A stretch of DNA of 64,000 nucleotides, taken from contig SHYK01000003.1 in NCBI GenBank assembly GCA_009692845.1, positions 3,956 through 67,955 of the forward strand, given 5' to 3'. The stretch is from Chloroflexota bacterium. GTDB lineage: Bacteria; Chloroflexota; UBA6077; SHYK01. Both the position numbers and the translations under genes were made by a program. The notes under the pieces were generated by a model. That model saw only the letters and a list, made by a program, of their open reading frames with translations. It was not told the origin of the DNA and searched no databases. Positions 49,859-59,136 of this stretch are shown piece after piece (positions within the stretch are counted from its first letter, which is position 1; each line of letters starts with the position of its first letter).

Positions 49859-50404
49859 ATGGCAACAGCTACCAATCTGCTAACCGCCGAAGCCCTTTGC
49901 CAGCTTCCCTCAGAGTTCCGGTGCGAGCTTATTGATGGAGTGGTGATTGAATTGTCTCCACCGGGCGGGGTCCACGGAGAGATCGCGGTGACCATTAGCT
50001 CGCTTTTCCGGGCCAAGGCTCAACTGGGAGGGCTTGGCCGAGTAATGGTGGAGACCGGGTTTGTGCTTCGACGTAATCCCGATACTGTTCGCTCGCCCGA
50101 TGTGACCTTTGTTCGCGCCGAGCGGATTCCAGCAGGCGGCTTGCCCGTCGGCTATTTCGAGGGGGCGCCAGATATTGCGGTCGAGGTGATCTCGCCGTCC
50201 AACACCCCGGCCGAGGTCCAAGCGAAGGTGCGCGAGTGGATCGAGGCGGGCACTCCGCTAGTGCTGCTGGCCTACCCGGATAGCCGTTCGGTGCACGTCG
50301 TGCGCTCGCTTCGCCAGCGGGAGACGCCTACCGAAGAAGACGTGCTGCGCATTGAAGATGTACTGACCGGGTTTTCTTGCCCGGCGGCAGATTTCTTCGT
50401 CTGA
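49859..50404 (+). CDS. Uma2-family (DUF820) PD-(D/E)xK endonuclease-like protein
   Basis: ELIDGVVIELSPPGGVHG, VRSPDVTFV and APDIAVEVISPSN are typical Uma2 motifs. Confidence 0.75.
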   Translation: MATATNLLTAEALCQLPSEFRCELIDGVVIELSPPGGVHGEIAVTISSLFRAKAQLGGLGRVMVETGFVLRRNPDTVRSPDVTFVRAERIPAGGLPVGYFEGAPDIAVEVISPSNTPAEVQAKVREWIEAGTPLVLLAYPDSRSVHVVRSLRQRETPTEEDVLRIEDVLTGFSCPAADFFV

Positions 50405-50723
50405 AAGGTCAGCGGCCTCCCTTTTGGGTGGTCGGGTTGTGAGGCAACTTTCCCTCCCCGGATCGACGGGGTCAGGAGGCATTGCCCAATGCTGCGCCGC
50501 GGCCATAATCTTCTACCATGGCGCAGCTTGCCCCTTGAGGACCCTAGTATCTGGCTTTGCCTCGACAATCCGATCGGGGGGAATGTCTATGCGCTGACTG
50601 ACCGGCAGGCTCCGATGTTGAAGCGATCGAGCAGCCTGATCAACGGTAAGTTGCATCGATTTCCGTAGCAGCCTAGAATCCACGGCGTCGCAGCACACTA
50701 CCCAGCAAAAAGGAGGACTCTCC

Positions 50724-51845
50724 ATGAGATTTCGCGGATCCCTACTCGCGCGACTCCCGATCCTGTTGGTCGTCGCTCTGGCGGCGGCGGCGCTGATGGC
50801 TCCCGCCTCGGCCGGCGCCCAGCCGGCGGACGGACAGACGATTTTGACGGCTGATAAGCCCAGCACTTCGGCAACTTTGGGCGGCGGCGGAACCTTCCTC
50901 TATACCTGGTTGCAGCACCCCGGTGGAAACCGGGTACTGGTCGTGTCCATGGACGTCGACAAGTCATGGCTCCAGATGGGCAAAGAGGTCAACTTCAACG
51001 TCTGGCGAGCCTCCGACGGCGCGCTGGTCTCCCAGGGCGGCGCGGTCAACTTCGATGAAATGAGCACGAAGGCTTTTGCGCCAATTCGGGCGGGGGGCAG
51101 CGGCGGGCTCTTCCTGATCCAAGCCTACAACTACACGGGCAATAAGGTAAATACGACGATCAGTACGGTTTGGGATGCGATTCCGGGCACCCCCGTGGCG
51201 TCGGGCGCTCCGATCTTCGGATCCGAAGGGCTCTACAGCTGTAGTGGCACCCCCTCGCCGACCGCCCAGGATGTGTGCTCAGTTAGCAAGGCGGGCGCCT
51301 GGATGGCCGGGTTCACCGCGGGTGGGGTCGTATTCAACCCCAGCCACGCTTTCTATCTTCTGGCTTACGGTGGCAACTTCATGCCCATCAAATTCACGGC
51401 TGTGTATGCGAACTCGGCGCGCTCGCTCGACCTATCGGAGGGTGGCAACACCGTCGGTGGCTCGACGTCCGCGACCAGTATCATCCTGCGCAGTACTGGG
51501 TCGGGCGTGCCGAAGATCCTGGGCTGCAGCGGACCGAGCTACGCGGTTGACCAGTTCGGATCGGCCGGTGGCGCCCGTGGCGCGGGTGCGGCAGTGAACT
51601 GCACGACTCCGAATCCGGTCGCCCAGGTCAACCCCTACGGCGTGTTGGCCAAGCCTTTCTCGCCGGTCGCGATCAGCAGCTTCACGTATCCCGGCACGAC
51701 CTTCAAGAAGACGGGCGGAATGAATACCCCGAATGGCATCTTCGGCCTGGATCTTTCGAACTACAAGTCGAGTGGGTCCAGTGGAAACGTCGACTACGCA
51801 CTCTGGGTCGAGGGCTTGGCCTCGACGACCGGCGCCATGCGCTAA
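50724..51845 (+). CDS. Secreted hypothetical protein (Gly/Ser/Thr-rich)
   Basis: Strong RBS aaaggagga. Signal peptide ending ASAGA-QP. No recognisable catalytic motif. Confidence 0.5.
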   Translation: MRFRGSLLARLPILLVVALAAAALMAPASAGAQPADGQTILTADKPSTSATLGGGGTFLYTWLQHPGGNRVLVVSMDVDKSWLQMGKEVNFNVWRASDGALVSQGGAVNFDEMSTKAFAPIRAGGSGGLFLIQAYNYTGNKVNTTISTVWDAIPGTPVASGAPIFGSEGLYSCSGTPSPTAQDVCSVSKAGAWMAGFTAGGVVFNPSHAFYLLAYGGNFMPIKFTAVYANSARSLDLSEGGNTVGGSTSATSIILRSTGSGVPKILGCSGPSYAVDQFGSAGGARGAGAAVNCTTPNPVAQVNPYGVLAKPFSPVAISSFTYPGTTFKKTGGMNTPNGIFGLDLSNYKSSGSSGNVDYALWVEGLASTTGAMR

Positions 51846-51875
51846 GGCTCGAGTTAGACATTACCTCGAACCCGC

Positions 51876-51915
51876 AACAGAAGAGCGCCTCGATTTATCG
51901 GGGCGCTCTTCTGTT
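51876..51915 (+). terminator. Intrinsic terminator-like hairpin after the secreted-protein gene
   Basis: aacagaagagcgcc-N12-ggcgctcttctgtt, followed by tgttgg. Confidence 0.6.
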
Positions 51916-52120
51916 TGTTGGCTCGCGGAGCATAATTTCGGTGGGCTGATCCTGAGATGGCGGTCCTGTTTATTTCGCACCCGCTCGACCGTGTTTGTTA
52001 TGGCGATAGACTAAAAAAGACCGGGCCATGACCGGCCAGAAGCGAACTCTAGCCCGGTGTCGCTCTGATGAACGTCAAGAACAGCCGTAGGTGTGCGAGC
52101 CTACGCGGTAGAATACTCCG

Positions 52121-52420
52121 GTGGGCCGGGGTGATGAGACCTCAGCGCGCATCCTCGCTGGTAGGGCTGACGCGAAGATCCGGTTCTCCGACCTGTGTCG
52201 GCTGCTGGTGCGGCTTGGATTCGATGAGCGACAGCGAGGAGACCACCACATTTTCTCGAGGGACGGTATCTCCGAAATTCTGAACCTTCAGCCGCGCGGT
52301 GCTCTCGCCAAAGCCTACCAAGTGGGGCAGGTGCGAACGAGAATCTCCGGGATGCGTACCTGGAGATCGTCATGGATGACGTCCCTGAGCATTTATGAGG
52401 CCAAAGAAATTAGGGTTTGA
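52121..52420 (+). CDS. HicA-like toxin (mRNA interferase family), no intact partner seen
   Basis: IRFSDLCRLLVRLGFDERQRGDHHIFSRDGISEILNLQPRGALAKAYQVGQVR follows the HicA pattern (..lGF..r..GsHhiF......lnlQ....aK.YQv.Qvr). The C-terminal ~25 aa look out of frame or non-homologous. Confidence 0.4.
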   Translation: MGRGDETSARILAGRADAKIRFSDLCRLLVRLGFDERQRGDHHIFSRDGISEILNLQPRGALAKAYQVGQVRTRISGMRTWRSSWMTSLSIYEAKEIRV

Positions 52421-52611
52421 GGCGGAGTGAACTCATCCACCAACTCATTGAGGCCGGCTGTATCCTCCAGCGCCCCGGCGCCCGCCACGACATTTACTGG
52501 AATCCAGCAACGGCCAAGCGGTAACCGGTGCCGAGGCATCCGGAAATCGACGAGGGTCTGGCCAGACTTATCAAGAAGGAGTCGGGCGTCGCGTAGCGAG
52601 GTGACAGGTCA

Positions 52612-54555
52612 GTGAGAATCGCGGGCCGCCAGATTCCGTCGAGTTGGTTGACCGTTCTCTTGCTGGCTCTCTTTCTCGCCCTGGGGGCCGTGCTGCGCCT
52701 CGCCAGGCCGGATCTGGTCGCGTTCAAGCTCGATGAGGCGAAATTCGTCGGCATCGTTGACTCTGCCGCTTCCGGCGGCTGGCCCGCTTCGGGGGCCATG
52801 TCCTCCTGGGGGATCCTCCAGCCCCCCCTACGGGCCTACGTTTTGGCGCCTGCCCGCTGGTTGACCTCCGACGTGGCCGCGGTGCCCGCATGGCTGGGGC
52901 TGCTCTCGCTGGGGAATCTGGTTGCGATCGGTCTGGTCGCAGCCCAATTCTCACGAGCGGCGGCGGTCGGGGCGGTCGCACTCGCAGCCGCGAGTCCCTG
53001 GGTACTGCACTTCGGGCGGGCGGTCTGGGATGCGCCCATCCAGCTGTTTGGCACGCTCGCGCTCCTGGCTGCGCTGCGGACGATCGGGAATCGGCGATGG
53101 GCGATTGTGATTATCCCGTTGCTGGTTCTGGAGGCGCTCACTCATCTGACCGCCTGGTCGATGATGCCGATCATCGGGTACCTGTTTCTCCGCTATCGGC
53201 ATTTCCGAACCCGCTGGTTTGCCGCTGGAGCTGGCCTGGGACTGGCCATGGCGCTGCCTTATGTGGCCCTGGTGCTCTCGGGGCCCATGGTCTTTGGGCA
53301 GGGCGTGCCGGCCCGTGAATACTCTCAGCTCGACACGATCACGCGTGCCCTGCAGTTCGGGCTGTGGTTCATCTCCGGCGCCGACCTGCAGTCACTCCTG
53401 GGTGAGACCTACGCACGCACCTATCCATTCTCGGCCGCCCTGGCGGTGGGCCCTTTCGTAGCGGGGGGCCTGTTGATGCTCGGCACCTGGGCCGCACTGC
53501 GGATCGCCACCATGTGGGCGGAGGAAGGAGCGGGCGGTCACATCCTGGTTGCCTGGGTAGTCACCCCCTGGCTGGCCACCATGATCCTGCCCGGCCAGCT
53601 CTTCCTCCATTATTTCCAGGTTTGGGGCGGAGGAGCGCCGTTCGTGCTAGCCGGGCTCGGAGTTGCCTGGCTTTGGAAATATGCACGGGGCACAATCATC
53701 CGAGGTTTCGCGGTCGGCGCGCTGCTCGCGATCCCTCTGGTTCAGACTGCCACCTGGTGGTCCCTGCTCGGATACTTCGACCAGCTTGCTGACACGTCGC
53801 TGGGGCCGACCCTGAGCGCCTGGGAGCAGCTAACTACGGCGGCCCGAGACGCCGCTCCCAACGGCACCACGATTCAGATTGCTACGGATGGTGACTCACC
53901 CGCCTACCAGGACAAACCGGCGGTGCTCAATTTGCTGCTCCGTCCGGAACGTGAGCCCGTTTTCACCCACCACGATAGCGCAGTCCTTTTTGAAACGACG
54001 CCGACCGTGTTCATTACGACCCCGCCGCACCCGGCTCCGGGGTGGGGATTTGAGCCAATTCCTGGCCTCCGGGCGCTCTTCACCAGTCCGGCCGGAACGG
54101 TATGGATCGCCGCCGCCCCGGGCAACCTGGCGGAGCAGCCCACCCAGGGTTTCCAGGACGGCCTGGCTTACCTGGGGTCGGAGGTGCGACGTGCTGGGGC
54201 GGCCGCGAACACCCTCGAATTGACTACTTTTTGGCGAGTGACCAATCCGTCCGAGCGCGCCCGGACCGCTGACCTCACCCTATTCATTCATCTCGAAAAT
54301 GGCGACGGCCAGGGAGTTGCGCAGGACGACGGATTGGATTGGCCGAGCGATCGGTGGAGCGAGGGTACACGGATTGCCCAACGCTCCAACCTGGACCTGA
54401 GCAAACTCCAGGACGGGGGATGGATTCGGGTTGGGCTGTACTCCCGCAAGGACCTCCAGCGCTCGCGACGGCTGGACGATGGAAGTGACAGCATCCTCCT
54501 GGGTCCGATTCCGTCCACGGGCAGCAGCGTTGTGCCGCTCGCAAGTGCTCGTTAG
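52612..54555 (+). CDS. GT-C fold membrane glycosyltransferase-like protein
   Basis: FKLDEAKF first-loop motif. SPWVLHFGRAVWDAPIQ resembles the NPWLVV..RRLWLNAL of the tandem pair. The soluble C-terminal domain is ...LELTTFWRV...LFIHLENGDGQGVAQDD...WSEGT...IRVGLYS. Confidence 0.65.
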   Translation: MRIAGRQIPSSWLTVLLLALFLALGAVLRLARPDLVAFKLDEAKFVGIVDSAASGGWPASGAMSSWGILQPPLRAYVLAPARWLTSDVAAVPAWLGLLSLGNLVAIGLVAAQFSRAAAVGAVALAAASPWVLHFGRAVWDAPIQLFGTLALLAALRTIGNRRWAIVIIPLLVLEALTHLTAWSMMPIIGYLFLRYRHFRTRWFAAGAGLGLAMALPYVALVLSGPMVFGQGVPAREYSQLDTITRALQFGLWFISGADLQSLLGETYARTYPFSAALAVGPFVAGGLLMLGTWAALRIATMWAEEGAGGHILVAWVVTPWLATMILPGQLFLHYFQVWGGGAPFVLAGLGVAWLWKYARGTIIRGFAVGALLAIPLVQTATWWSLLGYFDQLADTSLGPTLSAWEQLTTAARDAAPNGTTIQIATDGDSPAYQDKPAVLNLLLRPEREPVFTHHDSAVLFETTPTVFITTPPHPAPGWGFEPIPGLRALFTSPAGTVWIAAAPGNLAEQPTQGFQDGLAYLGSEVRRAGAAANTLELTTFWRVTNPSERARTADLTLFIHLENGDGQGVAQDDGLDWPSDRWSEGTRIAQRSNLDLSKLQDGGWIRVGLYSRKDLQRSRRLDDGSDSILLGPIPSTGSSVVPLASAR

Positions 54556-54669
54556 CGGCTAGTTGAGCGTCGCGCAAATTCTTGATCCTGGATCGGAGGG
54601 GGCAAAGCGGGTCCGATATAGGTTTTGGTTTGGCTGGGCAGTACAATTCGAAGCAGAGGGGGGGTGTGA

Positions 54670-54912
54670 ATGCCCAAAGCTGAGGCCATAGAGGTCACCG
54701 GTTTGATCACTGATTCGATGAGGGACGGCCAGTTCCGAGTCCACCTGGATACCGGCCAGGATGTTCTTGCGTACACGTCTGGAAAGATGCGCAAGTTCCA
54801 CATCCGTATGGCGCTTGGCGACCGGGTGCGGGTCGAGCTCAGTCCGTACGACCTGACCCGAGGCCGGATCACCTACCGCCAGGGCGCGCCCGAACCAGCG
54901 CCCAGGACTTAA
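54670..54912 (+). CDS. infA: Translation initiation factor IF-1
   Basis: [49 protein letters not shown]. The short Pro/Ala C-terminal extension is unusual. Confidence 0.95.
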   Translation: MPKAEAIEVTGLITDSMRDGQFRVHLDTGQDVLAYTSGKMRKFHIRMALGDRVRVELSPYDLTRGRITYRQGAPEPAPRT

Positions 54913-54966
54913 CCCATCTCTTAGATAACTCTTAAGAAATGTGGTAGAACTCCCCCTCGGCTCGTT

Positions 54967-56447
54967 TTGAGCCAGCTCTTCGTGAGGGGGGCGGTGCGAG
55001 TTCGCGCTTCGAGTGCAGGGGCCTGGGTGGTCGCCCTCGCCTGCCTCGCGGTCCTCTCCCCAGCCTGTGCGCCGCCTACCCAGGCGGGATTGGTCGGACC
55101 GGCCCGGGCTACTCTGCGGGGTTTGCTGACCACCAAAGACGCCATCCCGATTGACCACGTGGTCGTCATCTATCTCGAGAATCACTCCTTCGACAATCTT
55201 TATGGGCTGTTTCCGGGGGCCGAAGGTCTGGCTAGTGCGGTCAACGCCCCTAGCCAGATGGATGATCTCGCGACGCAGCATCTTGCGCTGCTCCCTCGGA
55301 TCCTCGATTCAAATCTTCATTCAGCAGGGCCTGCGATGGCTCCCGACGGTCGGTTCCCGGCCGAGCTGGCCAACCGGCCTTTCGACATTGGGCAGTACGT
55401 CAAGGTCGCGGATCGGACGGGCGATCTGGTGCATCGTTTCTTCCAGGAATAGATGCAGATCCCGGGGGCCAGATGGACCGATTCGCCTCGGTGTCAGATG
55501 CCGGAGGCCTGACCATGGGCTACTACGATGGCGAGGCACTCCCCTTGTGGCAATATGCTCGGCGCTTTACGCTCGCCGATCATTTCTTTCACGCGGCGTT
55601 CGGTGGGTCGATGCTCAACCATTTTTGGCTCGTGTGCGCCTGTACGCCGACTTACCCGAACCCGCCCGCCTCGCTCGTAACTTCATGGGACTTCAGCCGG
55701 GACGCCGGCGGGAACTCCAATGGCTACACCATGCACGACGGGGAGGTCACCGCGGACGGATTCGTGGTGAACAACCTGCCCTCGGCGAATTTCCACCGGG
55801 CAGGCACCCCGCCGGAACGGATGGTTCCGGTCCAGTCCGCTCCGCACATCGGAGACCGACTGGACGCAGCGGGGGTCAGCTGGGCGTGGTATTCGGGGGG
55901 TTGGTCAGATGCGGTGGCTGGGAATCCGAGTCGGCTCTTCTCATTCGTTACCCATCCGTTCGCCTACTTCGCCGACGTTGCTCCGGGAACTGAAGCCGCC
56001 GCTAGGCATTTGAAAAGCGAAGAAGACTTCTTCGCGGATTTGGCGGCCGGCTTCCTTCCGAACGTGGTGTTCCTCAAGCCGGAGGACAACGAACACCCAG
56101 GAGACTCCGCGCTGCTTAGCGGCGACGAGCATGCGGCCAATCTGATCCGGGCTATCGAGGGGAGCCCGTACTGGGAGCGCAGTGTGATCGTAGTGACGTA
56201 TGACGAAAATGGCGGGTTCTGGGACCACGTGGCGCCGCCGGTGGGTGATCGGTGGGGGCCGGGCACCCGGGTGCCGGCGATTATCGTTTCCCCGTTCGCC
56301 CGGCGGGGCCACGTCGATCATACCGTGTATGACACGACCTCAATACTCCGCTTCATCGAGTGGCGTTGGAACCTCGCGCCGCTGGGCGACCGCGACGCGA
56401 ATGCGAACAATCTCAAGACCGCGTTGGACTTCAGCATTCCCTCGTAG
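54967..56447 (+). pseudogene. Phosphoesterase-family protein (phospholipase C / acid phosphatase type) interrupted by a TAG and a frameshift
   Basis: IDHVVVIYLENHSFDNLYG is in piece 1. MDRFAS...GYYDGEALPLW...FFHAAFGGSMLNHFWL...VTYDENGGFWDHVAPP is in piece 2. The junction reads HRFFQE-TAG-MQIPG, then shifts by 1 nt in the G5 run at 55464-55468 into GGQMDRFAS. Confidence 0.75.
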
Positions 56448-56453
56448 GGGTTA

Positions 56454-56528
56454 AGGAAGGCCCGCCCGGCCGCAGCCCACCACCGCGGCCCATTGAAGTC
56501 GGGGGCTGCGGGCCCCAAACCCCCGAGG
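56454..56528 (+). repeat. Bipartite post-stop GC-rich element (expanded copy)
   Basis: ggaaggcccgcccggccgcagcccaccaccgcggcccattgaagtcgggggctgcgggccccaaacccccgagg. It begins 7 nt after the phosphoesterase TAG and lies between convergent gene ends. Confidence 0.7.
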
Positions 56529-56566
56529 CCGTCTACATCTAGAGGGTGCGGGACAAGGGGCCGTCG

Positions 56567-58387
56567 CTAGCGATTGCGGGCGAGGACCGCCATGAAGGCC
56601 TCCTGGGGAATGTCCACGCTGCCCAGCCGCTTCATGCGTTTCTTTCCCTCGGCTTGCTTCTCCAGGAGCTTCCGCTTGCGGCTGATGTCGCCCCCGTAGC
56701 ATTTAGCGAGCACGTTCTTGCGCATCGCCCGCACGGTTTCGCGGGCGATGATCTTGGCACCCACCGCGGCCTGGATTGGGATGTCGAAAAGCTGGCGGGG
56801 GATGAGCCTGCGGAGCTGATCGACCAGTCCGCGCCCGTAGCTCTGGGCCTCGTCTTCGTGAATGATGGTGGAGAGCGCGTCCACGGGATCTCCATTGACC
56901 AGCACATCAAGTTTGACTAAGCGGGCTGGCCGGTCCTCTTCGAAGTGGTAGTCGAGCGACGCATAACCCTGGGTCGATGACTTGAGCTGATCGTAGAAGT
57001 CGACGATCAGCTCGGCGAGGGGCATCTCATAGACCAACAGCACGTGCAGCTCGTCCAGGTATTCGGTGCGGCGGTAGGCGCCGCGCCGCCGGCGGACCAT
57101 TTCCATGATGGTTCCGATAAATCGGGTGGGGGTCACGATTTCCAGCTGCATCCAGGGCTCGCGAATTTCCGCGACCTCATTCGGGGACGGCAAGGTAGCC
57201 GGGTTGTCGACCAGAAGCTCCTTGCCGGCAGTCGTGGTTACTCGATAGCCCACGCTGGGCGCGGTCACCAGAAGATCGATGTTGTACTCTCGGGACAGCC
57301 GTTCCTGCACGATCTCCAGGTGCAGCATACCCAGGAACCCGCAGCGGAAACCGGAGCCCAGAGCAACGGAAGTTTCGGGCTCGTAGATGAGCGCGGCGTC
57401 GTTGAGGCGAAACTTCTCGAGGGCCACCCGAAGATCGCCGTAATCATCGTTGGCGACCGGGTAGAAGCCGGCGAAAACCATCGGCTTGACGGGCCGATAC
57501 CCAGGCAGCGCGGCGGAAGCGGGTAGGGATATGCTCGTAATCGTGTCGCCGACCTGGACTTCGCGGGTCTCTTTGAGCGCGGTTGCGATGTAGCCAACCT
57601 CGCCGGCCTGCAGACGTCCGACCTCCTGCATGCCCGGCCGGAAAATTCCGATCTCCAGGGCTTCGACCGGGGTGCCCGAGGCCATGAGCAGGAGCTCGTC
57701 GCCGGCGGCGACTGCGCCGTCCATGACCCGGACGTGAGCAATCACCCCTTTGTAGGAGTCGTAATGGCTGTCGAAGACCAGCGCCCGGAGCTGCTCGGAG
57801 TCGCCTCCCCGGGGCGCAGGGATCTCGTCGACGATTGCCTGAAGCACCGCCGGAACACCGGTTCCGTCCTTGGCCGAAACGAAATGGATCCGTTCGCGAG
57901 GGAGCCCGATGACCGTTTCGATCTCGCGAGCAACCGCTTCTGGATCGGCGCTCGGGAGGTCGATCTTGTTGATCACGGGGATCAAAGTGAGATCGTGTTC
58001 GAGGGCGAGGTAGACGTTGGCGAGGGTTTGAGCCTCAATGCCCTGAGCGGCGTCGACCACGAGGATGGCTCCTTCGCAGGCGGCCAGGCTTCGGGATACC
58101 TCATAAGTGAAGTCCACGTGCCCGGGAGTATCAATGAGGTTGAGCTGGTACTCGACTCCGTCCGCCGCGGTGTAGCGCATCCGAACCGGCTTCAGCTTGA
58201 TCGTGATGCCGCGTTCGCGTTCGAGATCCATGGCGTCGAGGACCTGCTCAGCCATGTCCCGAGCCTCCACGGTACCGGTGAGCTCGAGTAGCCGGTCGGC
58301 CAGGGTGGACTTGCCATGATCAATGTGGGCGATGATGCAGAAGTTGCGAATGTGCGGTTGATCCACGCGGCTATTGTAGAGGAGCAA
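56567..58387 (-). CDS. lepA: Elongation factor 4
   Basis: [35 protein letters not shown] and the C-terminal LepA-specific tail (...[25 protein letters not shown]). Confidence 0.95.
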   Translation of the reverse strand: MLLYNSRVDQPHIRNFCIIAHIDHGKSTLADRLLELTGTVEARDMAEQVLDAMDLERERGITIKLKPVRMRYTAADGVEYQLNLIDTPGHVDFTYEVSRSLAACEGAILVVDAAQGIEAQTLANVYLALEHDLTLIPVINKIDLPSADPEAVAREIETVIGLPRERIHFVSAKDGTGVPAVLQAIVDEIPAPRGGDSEQLRALVFDSHYDSYKGVIAHVRVMDGAVAAGDELLLMASGTPVEALEIGIFRPGMQEVGRLQAGEVGYIATALKETREVQVGDTITSISLPASAALPGYRPVKPMVFAGFYPVANDDYGDLRVALEKFRLNDAALIYEPETSVALGSGFRCGFLGMLHLEIVQERLSREYNIDLLVTAPSVGYRVTTTAGKELLVDNPATLPSPNEVAEIREPWMQLEIVTPTRFIGTIMEMVRRRRGAYRRTEYLDELHVLLVYEMPLAELIVDFYDQLKSSTQGYASLDYHFEEDRPARLVKLDVLVNGDPVDALSTIIHEDEAQSYGRGLVDQLRRLIPRQLFDIPIQAAVGAKIIARETVRAMRKNVLAKCYGGDISRKRKLLEKQAEGKKRMKRLGSVDIPQEAFMAVLARNR

Positions 58388-58480
58388 TCCGGCGAATATC
58401 CGGGGACGGTCCGATCAGGCCTGGATGAGGCCGCGCGAATTGGTATACTTCGTGCTCCCAGGTCGATCAGGGAGGGCAGC

Positions 58481-59026
58481 TTGCCTCGAACCCCCAGTGC
58501 TACGAAGGCGCTACGCGTATCCGGGCGCCGTTATCTAAGAAATCGCATCATCCGTTCATCTCTGCGGACCTATGTGAAGAAGGCCCGAACCGTAGTTGAC
58601 CACGGTGATGCCGAAGAGGCCGGCCCACTCGTTAAGCTGGCGGTTAGCCAGCTGGATAAGGCGGCCAGCAAGGGCATCATCCACCGTAACCAGGCAGCCC
58701 GGCGGAAGAGCCGTTTGATGCGGCAGTTAGCCGCCGCCGGAAGCCCGCGGGTAGCCGCGGCCACGCCGGTAGCGGCGCCGACTCGGGCACGCGCTCGGAC
58801 CGCCACCAAGGGTGCCACCAAAGCTGCTACCGCGGCGGCACCAGCGAGTCGACCCCGAGTTACCACGACGCGCACCCGGGCAGCGTCGGCCCCGGCGGCG
58901 ACTCCCGAAGCGGCTCCCGCTCCCACTCGAACTCGGAGAGCGGCCTCTGCGACGACCGGGGAGAGCGCACCGGCGCCAGCCCCGCGCACTCGACAGCCCC
59001 GCCAACCGAGGACTCCCCAGGAGTAG
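58481..59026 (+). CDS. rpsT: 30S ribosomal protein S20 with a ~95-aa Ala/Pro/Thr/Arg-rich C-terminal extension
   Basis: TTG start preceded by ggaggg. The S20 core is ATKALRVSGRRYLRNRIIRSSLRTYVKKA...LDKAASKGIIHRNQAARRKSRL, followed by a low-complexity basic tail. TATACT at 58444-58449 is a possible -10 element. Confidence 0.85.
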   Translation: MPRTPSATKALRVSGRRYLRNRIIRSSLRTYVKKARTVVDHGDAEEAGPLVKLAVSQLDKAASKGIIHRNQAARRKSRLMRQLAAAGSPRVAAATPVAAPTRARARTATKGATKAATAAAPASRPRVTTTRTRAASAPAATPEAAPAPTRTRRAASATTGESAPAPAPRTRQPRQPRTPQE

Positions 59027-59047
59027 CTCAAGCGCTCCGTTCCCGCG

Positions 59048-59082
59048 ATTAGTGGATATGGGGGCTCCACCCCCAAACCCCC
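59048..59082 (+). repeat. Box-B-only copy of the post-stop GC-rich element
   Basis: attagtggatatgggggctccacccccaaaccccc, 22 nt after the rpsT TAG. Confidence 0.55.
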
Positions 59083-59136
59083 GGGGGAGGGAGCAAACTG
59101 ACAGCAGGCTGGCTCGGAACGAGTAAAGCCCGGGGA

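Noticed and set aside
29923-55452. In-frame TAG codons in two genes (29923-29925 in MATE, 55450-55452 in the phosphoesterase), considered as possible stop-codon reassignment or pyrrolysine-type recoding.
   Set aside because: TAG is clearly used as a normal terminator by many intact genes here (SBP, dioxygenase, lipid kinase, PanB-like, lexA, rpsT, gatC, msrB). Both affected genes also carry frameshifts. No pyl genes are visible. Pseudogenisation or sequencing error is the simpler reading.
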